Source: Eledone cirrhosa (taxonomy: Eukaryota). From it: a DNA stretch of 64,000 nucleotides. The notes below the pieces were generated by a model. The model saw nothing but the letters and a program-made list of their open reading frames with translations. It did not search any database and was not told the DNA's origin. The position numbers were made by a program, and so were the translations under genes. Of the stretch, positions 45,933 through 60,040 are shown one piece after another (the stretch's first letter is position 1; each line of letters opens with the position of its first letter). The DNA lies in the NCBI GenBank assembly GCA_964016885.1, contig OZ024741.1, forward strand, positions 137,392,001 through 137,456,000. Reading direction: 5' to 3'.

Positions 45933-46149
45933 GGAACGATCGACTTTCGTCAAATCGGACCGAGGGAACAATGTTTCCGTTGATCTTTCCAATTGCTAAT
46001 ACTATCTATCGGTCGCAACTCCAGGTAGAAGGAGCAACGTGAAATAAAGTGTCTTGCTCAAGGACATAACGCATCACCTGGTCCAGGAATCGAACTCACA
46101 ACCTTACGATTGCGAATCCAATTCTCTAACCACTCAGCCACACGCCTTC
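45933..46149 (-). mobile_element. tRNA-derived SINE (S2) with 12-bp TSD
   Basis: A-box TGGCTGAGTGG, B-box GTTCGATTCC; TSD ACTATATTTATA at 45921-45932 and 46150-46161. Confidence 0.85.
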
Positions 46150-46323
46150 ACTATATTTATAAAACCATATTTATTTCATTATACATATTTCAAGGTCACC
46201 AAAGCAAATTATGGTGCGCTTTCATCAGATAAAATATAATATAGATCAGTTTTATAAACAAATATTGACATACCCTTAAAAGAATGCGACCATGTCTGTT
46301 GGAATCTACCGGATATTATATTA

Positions 46324-46388
46324 TATTTTATCTGATGAAAGCGCACCATAATTTGCTTTGGTGTCCTTGAAATATGTATAATGAAATA
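46324..46388 (+). ncRNA. Type I hammerhead ribozyme, family Y
   Basis: Stem I TATTTTAT/ATGAAATA; CTGATGA; stem II AAG-CGCACCA/TGGTGT-CCTT; GAA; stem III ATATGTAT; AUA. Confidence 0.8.
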
Positions 46389-47019
46389 AATATGGTTTTA
46401 TAAATATAGTTTCCATTTATTAATATATTGTATTTTTACTCCAAAAATTTGTTGAGTGCTTTATATCAGTTATAAAAATATTTGCTTGTTGTATCCCAAC
46501 AGATTAAATACAACTTCTACATATATATATATATGACATATATATGACAAAAATAAGTTTGTGAGGGTGTGGGTGTATGTTATTTGATATTGCTTATTGC
46601 GTCATGCAAAATTAAATTGGAAATCAGCCGAAAAAAAAACTATTGTAATTCCATATTTCTTTATATTTGGCAATATTTTATAGTTGTTGTAAACCGAATA
46701 GTTAAATGTATAGGTTATCTGGTAGAGCAACATCAACACCAGCACCACTGCTTCTATTAGCAGCTAAAACACCAGTAAATAAAACATCAATGACAATACA
46801 TACAACAGCGACAATACATACAACAACAGTATTCACCATGATCAGCACGATGGAAAATTATATTTCTAACAGATCTATACAACAAATACATATGTCAATA
46901 TTGCAGTGTTGAACACCAACAAATATACAATGACTTCAGGATGTATGTGTAGAGTGGTGTAAACAGTGTTATAACCAACAACACAGCCCTCCCTCATTCT
47001 TATCGTCTCTCTCTCACCT

Positions 47020-47977
47020 ACATCACTATCATCATCATCATCGTCATCATCATAATCATCATCAACACAGACCGCATCATCACCACTATCACCACCACCA
47101 CCACCACCACCACCACTACCAGAAGCAGCAGCAGCAGCAGCACCACCATCACCACCACCACCACCACTACTATCGGAAGCAGCAACAGCAGCACCACCAC
47201 CACTACCAGCAGCAACAGCAGCAGCACCACCACCACTACCAGCAGCAACAGCAGCAGCAGCACCACCACCACTACCAGCAGCAACAGCAGCAGCAGCAGC
47301 ACCACCACCACTACCAGCAGCAACAGCAGCAGCAGCAGCACCACCACCACCACTACCAGCAGCAGCAGCATCACCACCACCACCACCACCACTACCACCA
47401 CCATCAGCACCACCACTACCAGCAGCAACAGCACCACCACCACCACCACCACCACCACCACTACCAGCAGCAACAGCACCACCACCACCACCACCACTAC
47501 CAGCAGCAACAGCACCACCACCACCACCACCACTACCAGCAGCAACAGCACCACCACTACCAGCAGCAAAAGCACCACCACCACCACCACCACCACCACT
47601 ACCAGCAACAGCATCACCACCACCACCACCACCACTACCAGCAGCAACAGCAGCAGCACCACCACCACTACCAGCAGCAACAGCAGCAGCAGCACCACCA
47701 CCACTACCAGCAGCAACAGCAGCAGCAGCAGCAGCACCACCACCACTACCAGCAGCAAAAGCAGCACCACCACCACCACTACCAGCAGCAACACCACCAC
47801 CACCACCACCACCACTACCACCAGCAAAAGCACCACCACCACCACCACCACCACCACCACCACCACCACCACCACCACCACAAACACCACAGCCAGCAGC
47901 AGCAGCACCATCAGCACCATCACCACCACCACCACCACCACCACCACCATCATCATCACAGACCGTACCACCACTAC

Positions 47978-48012
<35 letters not shown>

Positions 48013-48035
48013 CCACCACCATCACCACCACCACA
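47020..48035. repeat. Compound trinucleotide repeat (CCA/GCA/TCA) with higher-order unit CCACCACTACCAGCAGCAACAGCA
   Basis: About 1 kb in one triplet phase; minus strand reads (AVAAGSGGG)n. Confidence 0.9.
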
Positions 48036-48362
48036 TTTTATCACTACCATCTTCATCCACAGTCACATGTGTGCATGCAATACGTATTTACGTATATGGG
48101 AAAGGAGACGGAGGAAACAAGATTATGCAAAGATAATAATAAAATTTCGCTATCTCAATGGAATTATCACTATATTCCGAAAAACGGAAATGGTTCTTTA
48201 AGTTAAAAATCGATGAAAGAATTTCTTTTATTTGACTTTATAATTATAGCTATTTGAGAATAACATTTCTGAAATAGCTAGATTTCGAGTGACGGTGACG
48301 ACAGCCGCTCGTTTATTGTTCTATTCAACGAGACAAAAAATATATAAAAATATATATCTGCG

Positions 48363-48412
<50 letters not shown>

Positions 48413-48416
<4 letters not shown>

Positions 48417-48510
48417 CGAAGGAAATGTGGTAAGGAACCAGGTGGACTATAACGCACCAAAGTACTCAATACTTAGGGTAGTAGAGTGGGTAATAGGAAC
48501 GAGTAGGACC

Positions 48511-48565
<55 letters not shown>

Positions 48566-48625
48566 TTTTAGTCCAGAATTAGCCGTCGAAACGGCTTGAG
48601 CTGACCCGTCGGGGTCCTACTCGTT

Positions 48626-48630
<5 letters not shown>
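48413..48630. mobile_element. Family X inverted pair split by (TA)n
   Basis: 48413-48510 (-) and 48568-48630 (+). Confidence 0.8.
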
Positions 48631-48662
<32 letters not shown>

Positions 48663-48844
48663 GTCAATACTCATCTTTTTCCATTTATTTGAGGGTTCCA
48701 AACCCCATTATCAGGCTAAAATTCCTTTAGTCAAAAATACGGTGAAAGCTATTCTATTTTCTAATTTTAAACCTGCTCACTGTTTCAAAACATACTTACT
48801 TGATATATAGATATATATATACACATATATATACTTATATATAC

Positions 48845-48920
<76 letters not shown>

Positions 48921-48925
<5 letters not shown>

Positions 48926-49082
48926 AACAAGTAAGACCCCGACGGCTGAGCTCAAGCCGTTTCGACGGCTAATTCTGGACTCCAGTCCAGAATTACTTGT
49001 TCCTATTACCCACTCTACTACCCTAAGTATTGAGTACTTTGGTGCGTTATGGTCCACTTGGTTCCTTACCACATTTCCTTCG

Positions 49083-49086
<4 letters not shown>
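48921..49086. mobile_element. Family X fold-back in (TA)n
   Basis: Short arm 48921-48981, turn at GGACT-CC-AGTCC, then the long 3' end. Confidence 0.8.
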
Positions 49087-49150
<64 letters not shown>

Positions 49151-49263
49151 ATATATATATATATATACATATATGCATATATATATATATATATATATAT
49201 TTTTATATATCTTTCTCTCTCTATATATAGGCATATATATATGTATATATATATATATATAGA

Positions 49264-49302
<39 letters not shown>

Positions 49303-49403
49303 TTATATATATGTATGTATATTTGATTTTGACTTGACCACTGCCATTTTGAATTCGTTTCTGGTGTGGATCACTTTAGAAAATTCTTTGTCCAAATGAG
49401 TTT

Positions 49404-49483
49404 GTTTCCTGATGAGTTCGAAGCTCGAGATTTTATCCTTAATAGGATATTTCCGAAAGGGAATGAAACCCTGGGGTAGAAAC
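49404..49483 (+). ncRNA. Type I hammerhead ribozyme with long stem II
   Basis: Stem I GTTTC/GAAAC; CTGATGA; stem II GTTC..TATCCT-TAAT-AGGATA..GAAT; GAA; stem III ACCC-TG-GGGT; GUA. Confidence 0.7.
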
Positions 49484-49927
49484 GTAATCCTGGTATGTGT
49501 ATATGCATTTTTTCTTCTAACTCTAATTTTATACCTAATTGTGTATGGTTGACGGTATATTTAATCGATTTCCACGTGCTATTGAAATGTTGGGTAAATA
49601 TTCTATAGCGATTGGTCGCGAATAGATTGCTGTCGTTTATTTATCTACTATTTCTTCATAGGTGCCTTTTAATCTTATAGCCTGGTCTAATTGATTTTTT
49701 GTGTGGTTAATTATGCTAATTGGGAGAGGAAATGGTGTATATATATTATCAAATGATTCTATGGACATACTTTATAGTATATATATATATATATATATAT
49801 ATATAACATTATGAAGAAATGTATATTAACAGTCTTTCAAAGTAATTAGCCATATTTTAGTGTATTGATTTGTTGTTCTGTCTGTGTCACTCTTTCTTCA
49901 CACTCTCTCTCCCTCTCCCTCCTTCTT

Positions 49928-49958
<31 letters not shown>

Positions 49959-49961
49959 ATG

Positions 49962-50018
<57 letters not shown>

Positions 50019-51182
50019 AGAGATCTGAGTACAATCAGGTTATGATGTAAGCATGCCTACTCTCATTTTGACTCTGTCTACTTTCCGACAATGTATTCCA
50101 CCAATATTGTCTAGAACTCTGAAACCATATTTTGTTTTTATTTCACAGTAAACTGTCATACGCACCTGCGTTTGTGTGAAAACATTGATGCTAAAAACAA
50201 GCTGTCGTGCACAGGTGTAAGATGAAATTATATATTGTTGCTATGTCATGGGTTATAAAAAAAATACCAAATCATACTCAGTTGTCCACCAGAAACTAGT
50301 CACCTGATTGTGTTTGTAAACTCGAAAAGTAATAGTTAAGGGTTAAGTCAATATATTAGAACTAACTGTCAACTATACGATTTGGCGAGAAAGATTTTTC
50401 ATCACACGTATCACCTTCAATTTTCCTTCTTGTAAGAGACCAAATGTGAAGAGAACATTGGAATAAATCTAGCTAACTCAGGGTTTCTCTTACCAAATAT
50501 ACCATACAGATATAACTCCCCCTCCAAATATTATGGTCCATCTGGTATCTTACCACTCCTTCTATGTTTTATATATATATATGTCATGGGTTATAAAAAA
50601 AATCCCAAATCATCGTAACTTATGTGATGGATGTAAAAACATTTTCTTCCTTTTTCTGAATGTGAAAATGGTGGTGGATGCGAAAACTATAACTTTCTTT
50701 TTCTTTTTCTGCACACATACTTTTTTGATCTACAAAAAATATTTACCACTACAACCACCATAATACTCTTGCTTACCGGCTTAAAGTGCTTACATTACAG
50801 GTAACACCTTGCCACACAATAATCGTATATAAATGAGACACACTTGCATGCTCCATGTGTGACTAACGCATACACTATCTACTAGATCTGATTATCAAAC
50901 TATCCCCTTACATTATCTGTGTTATCTGCCGCATGTATTTTAATTTTAATTTTAATTTTGATTTTGATTTTAAATTTGAATTGCTGTACAAATATAATAT
51001 AGTATAATATATGTCACTCCACTGTACATAAATATATATATATATATGTATCTGCATCTCTCCTGCGTTGGATAGGAAGTCAATTATTGTACAAACATTG
51101 AAAAATGGTCCGAAGACTCCAAGCCTAGGTTTGGAAGAAACAATTGTAAGTGAATAAATGCTTTGAACATAGCTTTGATTCT

Positions 51183-51342
<160 letters not shown>

Positions 51343-51360
51343 CATATATATATATATATA

Positions 51361-51404
51361 TACATGTTACCAGTAGCACTCAAGAGTGCTACTGGTAACA
51401 TGTA
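51361..51404. repeat. Perfect 21-bp-arm hairpin at the (TA)n boundary of an unidentified interspersed repeat (~51384-52003)
   Basis: TACATGTTACCAGTAGCACTC-AA-GAGTGCTACTGGTAACATGTA. Confidence 0.9.
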
Positions 51405-52018
51405 ACCCACTACAACCTGTCGCATGGTCGGGTCGTCGGCGACTAAACCGGCAACCCCACCAAGTTTACTTGGTGAGGAGGGTGATATTAGACACCCTAG
51501 CAGGACAAAAACAAAACCTGACAAAGAGCGGAAGAAGTCATAAGGGTCAACGGCCATCCAAAAGTGTGTAAATATGTATATATATATATATACATGTACG
51601 TATGTATGTATATGTATATGTGTATATACATGGGTGCATGTGTATGTATATGCGCGGGTACATAGAAATAGTCGGGATGGACACCCGATCGCGTGGTTAA
51701 ACTACTGGGAGTGAAGGACCCCTAGCCTTTGTCAGGGCATTCTTCTAGGAGACGGCAACTCAGGAAACTGGGATAACTCCGATATAAAACCTGTGGCTCA
51801 GTAGTTACCGATGATGTTGATCTTTTGTTCTTTTCGGGTTATAGCTACTGTCGCTCAGAGAGTGGGATTGGCTCAGCGCACAGTCTTCCCTCACTTTAAA
51901 AAATATCTTCATGCACAGGCATTGCACGAGAGAATTACTTAATAATAATTAAAAATGGTATATCATGCAATGGCCATACTCGATAACGAGGGGGCAGCCA
52001 TCATATATATATATATAG

Positions 52019-52052
<34 letters not shown>

Positions 52053-52053
<1 letters not shown>

Positions 52054-52220
52054 TAACGAAGGAAGTGTGGTAAGGAACCAGGTGGACCATAACGCACCAG
52101 AGCACTCGATACTTAGGGTAGTAGAGTGGGTAACAGGTAAAGAGTCAGGACCCCGACAGGTTAGTTCAGATCTAGCTGTCGAAACGGCCGGAGCTCAACC
52201 ATCGGGGTTCTGACTCTTTT

Positions 52221-52315
<95 letters not shown>

Positions 52316-52408
52316 CGAAGGAAATGTGGTAAGGAACCAGGTGGACCATAACGCACCAAAGTACTCAATACTTAGGGTAGTAGAGTGGTTAATAGATCCT
52401 ACTCGTTC

Positions 52409-52410
<2 letters not shown>
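52053..52410. mobile_element. Two family X fold-back copies (52053-52225, 52312-52410) in (TA)n
   Basis: ATAACGAAGGAARTGTGGTAAGGAACCAGG long end; inverted short end. Confidence 0.8.
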
Positions 52411-52479
<69 letters not shown>

Positions 52480-52569
52480 TATGCAAACATTAAATGAATC
52501 AATGCAAGGAAATGATAGAGTACAATAAAGATATGTAATAGCTTCATGATTGATATACCAGAGAAATAT

Positions 52570-52604
52570 TATTTACGTTTCGGACGTTAGTCCACCATCA
52601 GAAG
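52570..52604 (-). ncRNA. Degenerate minimal hammerhead-like motif
   Basis: CTGATGG-T-GGAC(TAAC)GTCC-GAA-ACGT-A; A9 replaced by G; weak stem I. Confidence 0.45.
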
Positions 52605-52826
52605 ATAGAATGGGAGATAAAAGAAAAACTAGAAACACAGATGAGAGTAAGAAGGGGAAGAAAAGGAATAAAATACAGGATGCGTTTCCGCACAGTTTTC
52701 GCTCTACTAAATTCCGCTCAAATGATATTGGTGAACTTTGCACATAATAATGATTAGAAATTTATTTCTATAATGAAGCTTTCTGTAATATTTTTATAAT
52801 AAAGGATTTTTCTTAAAATCTATAAT

Positions 52827-53012
52827 TGTTTCTACTTTTGGCACAAGGCCAGCAATTATTCCAGTGTATTACTGGTACTTTATTTTATCGACCCCGTAAG
52901 GATGAAAGGCAAAGTTAACCTCGGCGGGATTTGAACTCAGACCATAAAGGGCCGTAGCTCTTTGCTGCAAAGCATGGCGTCCGACCCTCTACCGAAACTG
53001 CCAATCCACCGC
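52827..53012 (-). mobile_element. S1 SINE with 15-bp TSD
   Basis: TSD CTTAAAATCTATAAT at 52812-52826 and 53013-53027. Confidence 0.9.
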
Positions 53013-53244
53013 CTTAAAATCTATAATAATGACTATAATGATGATAATTATATTAATAATAACAATATTCATAATAATATTGATTTATTCGATTTCATTT
53101 TTTTAATTTTAATTTTCATTTTATATCAATCATAATGATTATAAAAATACTATTAATAATAATAATATTAATGGTTTCTTATATTTTATTTTTAATTATT
53201 TCATATTCTTTAATGTTTTCAAAATCACTACTACTGATAATAAT

Positions 53245-53357
53245 ACATATGAGGTTGGTTATGATGATGTTGATGATGATAATGAGGATGGTGATGATGT
53301 TGATGATGATGACGGTGATTGTGATGATGGTGGTAATGGTGACGATGATGACGATGG

Positions 53358-53394
<37 letters not shown>

Positions 53395-53826
53395 AATGAC
53401 GATGGTGATGATGTTGATGGTGGTGATGGTGACGATGATGACGATGGTGATGATGATGATGATGATGATGATAATGATTATGATGACGGTGGTGACGACG
53501 ACGACGATGACGCTGATGATGATGATGATGATAATGCTTATGATGATGATGGTGACAATGAATACGACGACGATGATGATGATGATGATGATTATGATGG
53601 TGATGATGGTGGTGGTGATGATTATGATGGTGATCATGGTGGTGGTGATGATGAAAATGATGATGATGATGATGATAATTTCTTTTAATTTCCGTGATCT
53701 ATTTTGATAATTGCTAAATGTTGAAAAATGTTGCTGAGCTTCAATAACAATCACACCAACACCAATGTATTGTAAAGTATATTTGATATCATAAATCTTT
53801 ATATTTTGCTGCTGTAATGTATGTTG

Positions 53827-53867
<41 letters not shown>

Positions 53868-54379
53868 ATATGTGTGTGTGTGTGTGGTGTGTGAATGCGT
53901 ATGTATGTGTATGTATTGTTTCATTGTTTTTCCTAGTTCTTCAGATGTATCTTGTATCTCCCGACGGAGATTTTTTTAGCAATTCGTAGTTAAAATATGC
54001 TACACCATCATAATAATATAATGATGACAATTAGAGATGACATGTAATGATTATTATGATGATGATGATGATTGATGATGGTAGAAGTAATGGTGATGAA
54101 CCTGAAAATGATAATGATGATAATGATGATGATAATGATGATCTCGATGTTGATGATGATGATATGGTGATGATGAGTAATAATGATGATGATGAGTAAT
54201 AATGATGATGAGTATGATCTTGATGATCAGGAGGAGTAGGAGAATGTTGATGATGATATTAATGATGATATTGATGATGATATTAATGATGATAATGATG
54301 ATAATGATAGTGATGACAAGGCGGAAAATAATCACTCTTAATTATTAATAATAATGAAACCGAAACCCGAAAAATATTT

Positions 54380-54428
<49 letters not shown>

Positions 54429-54430
54429 GC
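53245..54430. repeat. Degenerate (GAT)n tracts (53245-53678, 54045-54315) and (GTA)n (54380-54428)
   Basis: Simple repeats. Confidence 0.9.
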
Positions 54431-54544
54431 TTAGTTGTAGTATTTCTGCCTCATGTGGTATAAGGCAAGCGTGCATGCAACTAACTGGTCATCCAATACA
54501 CACAAATACATGTAGGTTCTTTTCTGTATATGAACGCACGCACG

Positions 54545-54578
<34 letters not shown>

Positions 54579-55919
54579 ATGTATATCAAGGTGTGTAAAA
54601 CGTATGCAAATTGTGTGTGTGTCTGAAAGCGATGAATGTCGTACTATGTAATTCGTATTTAACTATATTAAAAGCTTTCTTATGACGCAGCAATCTTAAG
54701 GAGACAAAGCTGATGTTATTAACCTCTCTCGAATGAGATCATTGATATCTTGGTCAATGAATTTCATACAAACATTTACTTTAACTAAATACACACACTG
54801 TCAAACTCACATATGAATATAATTTATACATATATATACACAGATTTAATTTAGCGTATTCTTCGACTGTTTAACGAACAACATAATTTAAACAAAATTC
54901 ACCACTAAAAACGAACACTAATAATATACAAATTAGTAAGACCATTTCAGTGATATAGCATATAAGCCAAGTTTTTCAAGTAGTACGTTGAATTCTTTAT
55001 TGAAGGATTTAATTCCATTTATATAGCACGAGTATAAGGCCCAATGGTGATGCGTGATTTGTTTGGTTAGGGTGTTCGTCTCACGTTCGTAAGGTTGAGA
55101 TTTCGTCTCTCGGCGGATTATTAACTGCGAAATTCTAGCCACTTGCACGTTAATTTCACAAGCTGGCTGTCCCGTTCACCAAACAGCAGGAACACGCGCA
55201 ACCGACCGATGTACAACGATAAGGTTTCAATTTGGTAGAGTCGTTAGAACGTTGAATAAAATGCCTTGTCTTACTGGGTTCGGCTTTTTGGTCACTTTGT
55301 TCAAATTGTAAAAATCTTTCTCTCCTTCTTTACTGTCTGCTACTTCCAGTCTATTCTAATGTTCGCCTAAAAACAATACTTAAATATTATTATTATTCAC
55401 AGTTTCGGAAGTAAATAATATATATTTTTCCATCAAGAAATATATAACCATTTGTGTTAAAATTAAACATATGGTGAAACATATGTTAGAACTATCTTTT
55501 ACATTTAACTTACATTCCTATACAGTTAGCACACACACACACACACGCACACACACAGACAGACATGCACATACACGCACACACACACAGACGCACACAC
55601 ACGCACACACAGATATATCTATATATCTAAGAATTCATATGTAAATCTATCTTCGTATTGAAACTCAGAGATTTAGATATGAAAAATAGACAAAATATTA
55701 AATTTCATATTATGAATATTGAATGGAAGTAAATAGAAAACATTTTTCTAGCGACAATTCCCACATGGCTGTTCTGATTATATTTAATTCATTAAGTAAG
55801 CCTCGATGTAAATATCTAATAATTTTAATATTCTATTCCACTTAACATTATATGCCGCTATCTAATTGTATTGTAATATATGATTTGAGAAAACCCACAG
55901 ACCCTCCATCTCAACTCTA

Positions 55920-55955
55920 CTTTTGAAAAGCAGAAGAACTGCGAAACCGGTAAAG
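55920..55955 (+). ncRNA. Minimal hammerhead-like motif with U3-A8 core
   Basis: Stem I CTT/AAG; TTGAAAA; stem II GCAG/CTGC; GAA; palindromic ACCGGT; GUA; AATAAA shortly after and (TA)n ~140 nt downstream. Confidence 0.55.
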
Positions 55956-56086
55956 GAACCAAATAAATGCATATATTTTTAAAAAAATAAGACTCCAGTT
56001 GCATTTTCGATTTCATCTCTTTTTCTTTATACTTTCACTCGTTTAGGAGACCTCGGTTATTTTTCATTCTGTAAAAAAAACCTCAC

Positions 56087-56188
<102 letters not shown>

Positions 56189-56353
56189 TAAAAGAGAAAA
56201 CACAGGTAAGCATTAAGAGAAGGATTTTATCCAGGTATTTATGACCGTTTCATTGGTAAGTGCAACCTTATATTGGTATACTGCAAATAGCAGCCACTCA
56301 ATAATAATTGTTGTTCACAGTCCAAATTTTCAAAATAGCAACTTTTTGCTTCT

Positions 56354-56399
<46 letters not shown>

Positions 56400-56564
56400 A
56401 ATTAGTATATCTACCAACATATGTATACAGATGCATACCTATGCTAGCAAATATATAGGTTTAGTCTTAGTAACTTTGTAGTTCAATGCAAGGGGATGCA
56501 GAACAATTATATGAAAGACGTAAAATAAGAGAATTATGAAAATTGACTTACTTATAAAAATTTC

Positions 56565-56645
56565 ACTCCAACTAATTAGTTTCTGTAAGGGAATAAATAT
56601 GGTTACGTAACGTAATCATAGAGAAACCTTACGTCATCAGGGAGT
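56565..56645 (-). ncRNA. Type I hammerhead ribozyme (inverted copy)
   Basis: Reverse complement of 56896-56976. Confidence 0.8.
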
Positions 56646-56895
56646 CTATTCTCAGCTAAATTCCTAGGCAATGCGTGGACACAAGGAACTCATAAAAATA
56701 ATTCAATGGATGGAAAAAAGCGAGCGGGGACTAAATTCCAGGACATTGAAAAAATTCACTGCCTACTTGGTCAGTGGCAAATTCGAAAGAATCAATCACG
56801 TGACACTGAGGTTAATCAGTGAGGAGTGGAATGTTATTAAAACAGGGCCTGACCACTACTATGAACCATAGTAGTAATTTCGGCAAATTTACTAG

Positions 56896-56976
56896 ACTCC
56901 CTGATGACGTAAGGTTTCTCTATGATTACGTTACGTAACCATATTTATTTCCTTACAGAAACTAATTAGTTGGAGT
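56896..56976 (+). ncRNA. Type I hammerhead ribozyme with long stem II
   Basis: Stem I ACTCC/GGAGT; CTGATGA; stem II GTAAGG/CCTTAC with inner TTACGT/ACGTAA; GAA; palindromic stem III ACTAATTAGT; GUU. Confidence 0.85.
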
Positions 56977-57020
56977 GAAATTTTTGTAAGTAAATTTTCA
57001 TAATTCTCTTATTTTACGTC

Positions 57021-57098
<78 letters not shown>

Positions 57099-57776
57099 AC
57101 ATATATATATATATAAGGCAGCATACACACACAAGCACATACGCACACACACAAACATACATATATATATATTCTAATTTATTTGACACACGTAGTCCTT
57201 GATAGAATGTCGTAACAATGCGCAGTTAATAATCTAGTATAATATTTTATCTGCTCTAATATGCCGATGGCTCTCCGTATAATCGATTGTGGAAACTATT
57301 AAACATCTCTTTGTCATATAGCCTACGTAAAGAAAGATATTGCCCATCTCTCCCTTTTTCTAATTCCCTCCCCCACTCATATACACTTATAACATACGAA
57401 TTCTCAGACTATTTTCTTTGCCTCTTCTTTCCGCTCTATCTTCAGCTCTACCTCATGTATAGTGTAAAACCTAGTCATAAAATTATTATAGACCTGTTAA
57501 TACATACCGAAGAAAAAGATATATTGAAACGAACATTTGTCTCTAGATACATATAAAAGATATAAAAGCAAGCCATTAAATATTGCAGTTGAAAACGATA
57601 TATTCTCTCATTTGAAAAAGTAAAACTCGAAAGATACATATTACTTATCTAGTTCATGTAATTCTCTCCATTACACTTCCACACAAACAGAAAACAACCA
57701 AGGGAGATTTCTGACCTATCGGAGTTCAGAACTTCATATATGTATATATCTATATCTATCTATCTATATATATCTA

Positions 57777-57833
<57 letters not shown>

Positions 57834-58089
57834 CTCTCTCTATCTATCTATCTATCTATCTCTCTCTCTATCAGTCGTGTGTCACTTCGCGGAGAAGTTT
57901 CCGTTAATTTATGTAAGGTAAAAACGTGAGTTTTTAGTTCAATTTTATATCATTGTGTAACTTGACCACCCGTCTGGACCTTCAGGTGGTGGGTCAACTC
58001 ATTTTCGCCCTTCAGGGGCGGAATATCCATTTAAAAAATTTTTCTCCATCGAATCTTGGAAAAAAATATTGTAAAATTTTGATTACGTT

Positions 58090-60007
58090 ATGAACGCTGC
58101 GTCCAATGATAATGGTGGTGGAGAGGCGGTAAGACTACAAAGCTCGCAGTCAACAACGTCTTCTTCACTAGATACTATAGAGATGGAAAGACAAAATGAA
58201 AATAAAAAAACGAATTCACATCCAAACAACACAAATGACACCAAACAATTCAATGACAACAAAAATAACAGCAAAACCAATAATGATGATAAAAGCAACA
58301 ATGATAACAACAACAAAGAAAAAAATAAAGACAACGCCAATAACACCAGCATCAAAGACAACAACAACACCAAGGAAAATACGGATGATACCAACATCGG
58401 TGACAACAAGAATAACAACAAGAATAACAACAATAATGACAACACCACCAATACGGATTCCACAAAGAAACCAAAAATCTCCTTTGCGGAGAAAGTTCAA
58501 AAGAAAGAACAATTGATATATCTCGACATAACAAATGCTGAACACCTTTTAAAGGACGCTAAGAGATATGTCACCTTCGAAATAAATGGTGCTTTCAGCA
58601 TCAATTCTCCGGTAGAAATTCGCAAGGAAACTGCTCTCAAAACGATAGTTTTTAGGACAGTTTCCAATTCTACCCGAAAACCAGTCCAATTGTCACAGAA
58701 AGATATTGAACTGGTTTTCAAAGATTCAATGAATGATATTGCATTCATTCAAAGAAGCAAACTTTTTGGGAGTATTTCGGTACTGATGAAGGATCAATTG
58801 ACGGCCCAAAATTACTCTGTGTCGCCAATTGTATCCAACCTGTACACCTTTTTCCCTACATACATGGGAAAAAGGACACAAAAGATCAGAATCACAAGTG
58901 TCACACCAAAGGTGAACATATGGTGGATACTGTGCGGCTTCATCAATTTTGATGAAGACAGAATACTGTCAGTAGGCAAGTCCCCCAGAGATGTATTCAA
59001 TGGGACTAGCATTGAAGTTCTGGTGCAAATGAGCCCAGAGCGAATAGCTATGATCCCACAGCGTGTACTCCTGGACGGACTTACCTACATAAACCTTTCG
59101 GTTGAGGGTAGGCGGCCTTCATGTTACCATTGCTTTAGCAGGGGTCACCTGAGGGCTTCCTGTCCTAAACTAATGAACCAAAAAAAGGCTCTTCTGCCAA
59201 CACCCATCAAAACAACACAACCACCAACACCACCACTACAACAACAACACCAAACACACAAAAATAACCACAACAAACACAGTCCCACCCAACCTCACTC
59301 CACCTAAAACCACTGCAAAATCACATACAGACACAACAACTCCCCAAGACATACCCCTCCCCAATCACACAGACGATACAACAGATGAGGCTATCTCGCC
59401 ATCACCCAGTGAAGACGAGGGAGAACCCCATCGCTCGAAAAGAAAGAAAAGACATCACAAAAGCAAAAAACCAGCAAACACTACCACAAACATACAACCA
59501 CCAACACAAACAACAAAAATATCACAAACAAAACCCCCACCTCCTGAAAACAAAATACCTACAACAAAACGAAAGCACACACAAGAACTACAGACAAAAA
59601 CAAACACAACACAAGAAAATTACACTTACACTTACATAAACACTGAAAACAAAACACTAATGGAGACCATTACGAACGACCCTTCGGTTTTCACCGAAGG
59701 GAAAACTTTCGCCCACTCTATAAAAAATAGCAAAAAAATGAACCTAAAACTGATTAGGGTCCCTATACAAACTTATAGGTCCCTAAAAGAAACATTTGAG
59801 AAGGATGTGGGGAATTCCTGCGTGAAACCACTCAACCGCGTCCTTCTCAAATGCCTCCCCACCCCAGACACCCCCATCCCACCAGACCCCACCCCACCAA
59901 ACATCTGCGTCCCCACCCCGCCGGAAACCACCATCCATCCAGACAACCCCTCCAACACCCCCATGGAAATCGTGCGGCCTGGTCCCCAGGAGGCGAAGGG
60001 TGAGTGA
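58090..60007 (+). CDS. LINE ORF1 (Asn-rich N-terminus, CCHC zinc knuckle, Pro/Thr-rich tail) with one apparent frameshift near 59210-59280
   Basis: CYHCFSRGHLRASC knuckle. The first frame stops at 59307, but the frame of 59660-60007 carries the homologous SEDE..KRKKR segment from ~59282. Confidence 0.8.
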
Positions 60008-60040
60008 TCTCTTTTCCTCTTTTAACTTTTCAGCACCAAC

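Larger units (their letters stand above)
45899..46522. mobile_element. Family Y fold-back element interrupted by a SINE
   Basis: Left arm 45899-45932 + 46150-46242 is the inverse of 46315-46432; HHRs at 46172-46236 (-) and 46324-46388 (+). Confidence 0.85.
56508..57028 (+). mobile_element. Fold-back PLE-like element, arms 56508-56648 / 56893-57028
   Basis: Near-identical inverted arms, each with an HHR; spacer ORF has ERGLNS, weakly resembling a GIY-YIG C-terminus. Confidence 0.8.

Noticed and set aside
46060-46149. tRNA-like A/B boxes (also ~7045, ~34310, ~37500, ~55040)
   Set aside because: SINE heads without a complete cloverleaf; not called as tRNA genes
51405-51460. GTCGTCGGCGACTAAAC resembling the P4/J4-2 of HDV-like ribozymes in RTE 5' UTRs
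   Set aside because: Could not build P1, P2 and P3 in the required order
60000-60033. Possible 34-nt intron fusing ORF1 to ORF2
   Set aside because: Removal puts the ORF2 ATG out of frame, and the AG is absent in the other subfamily
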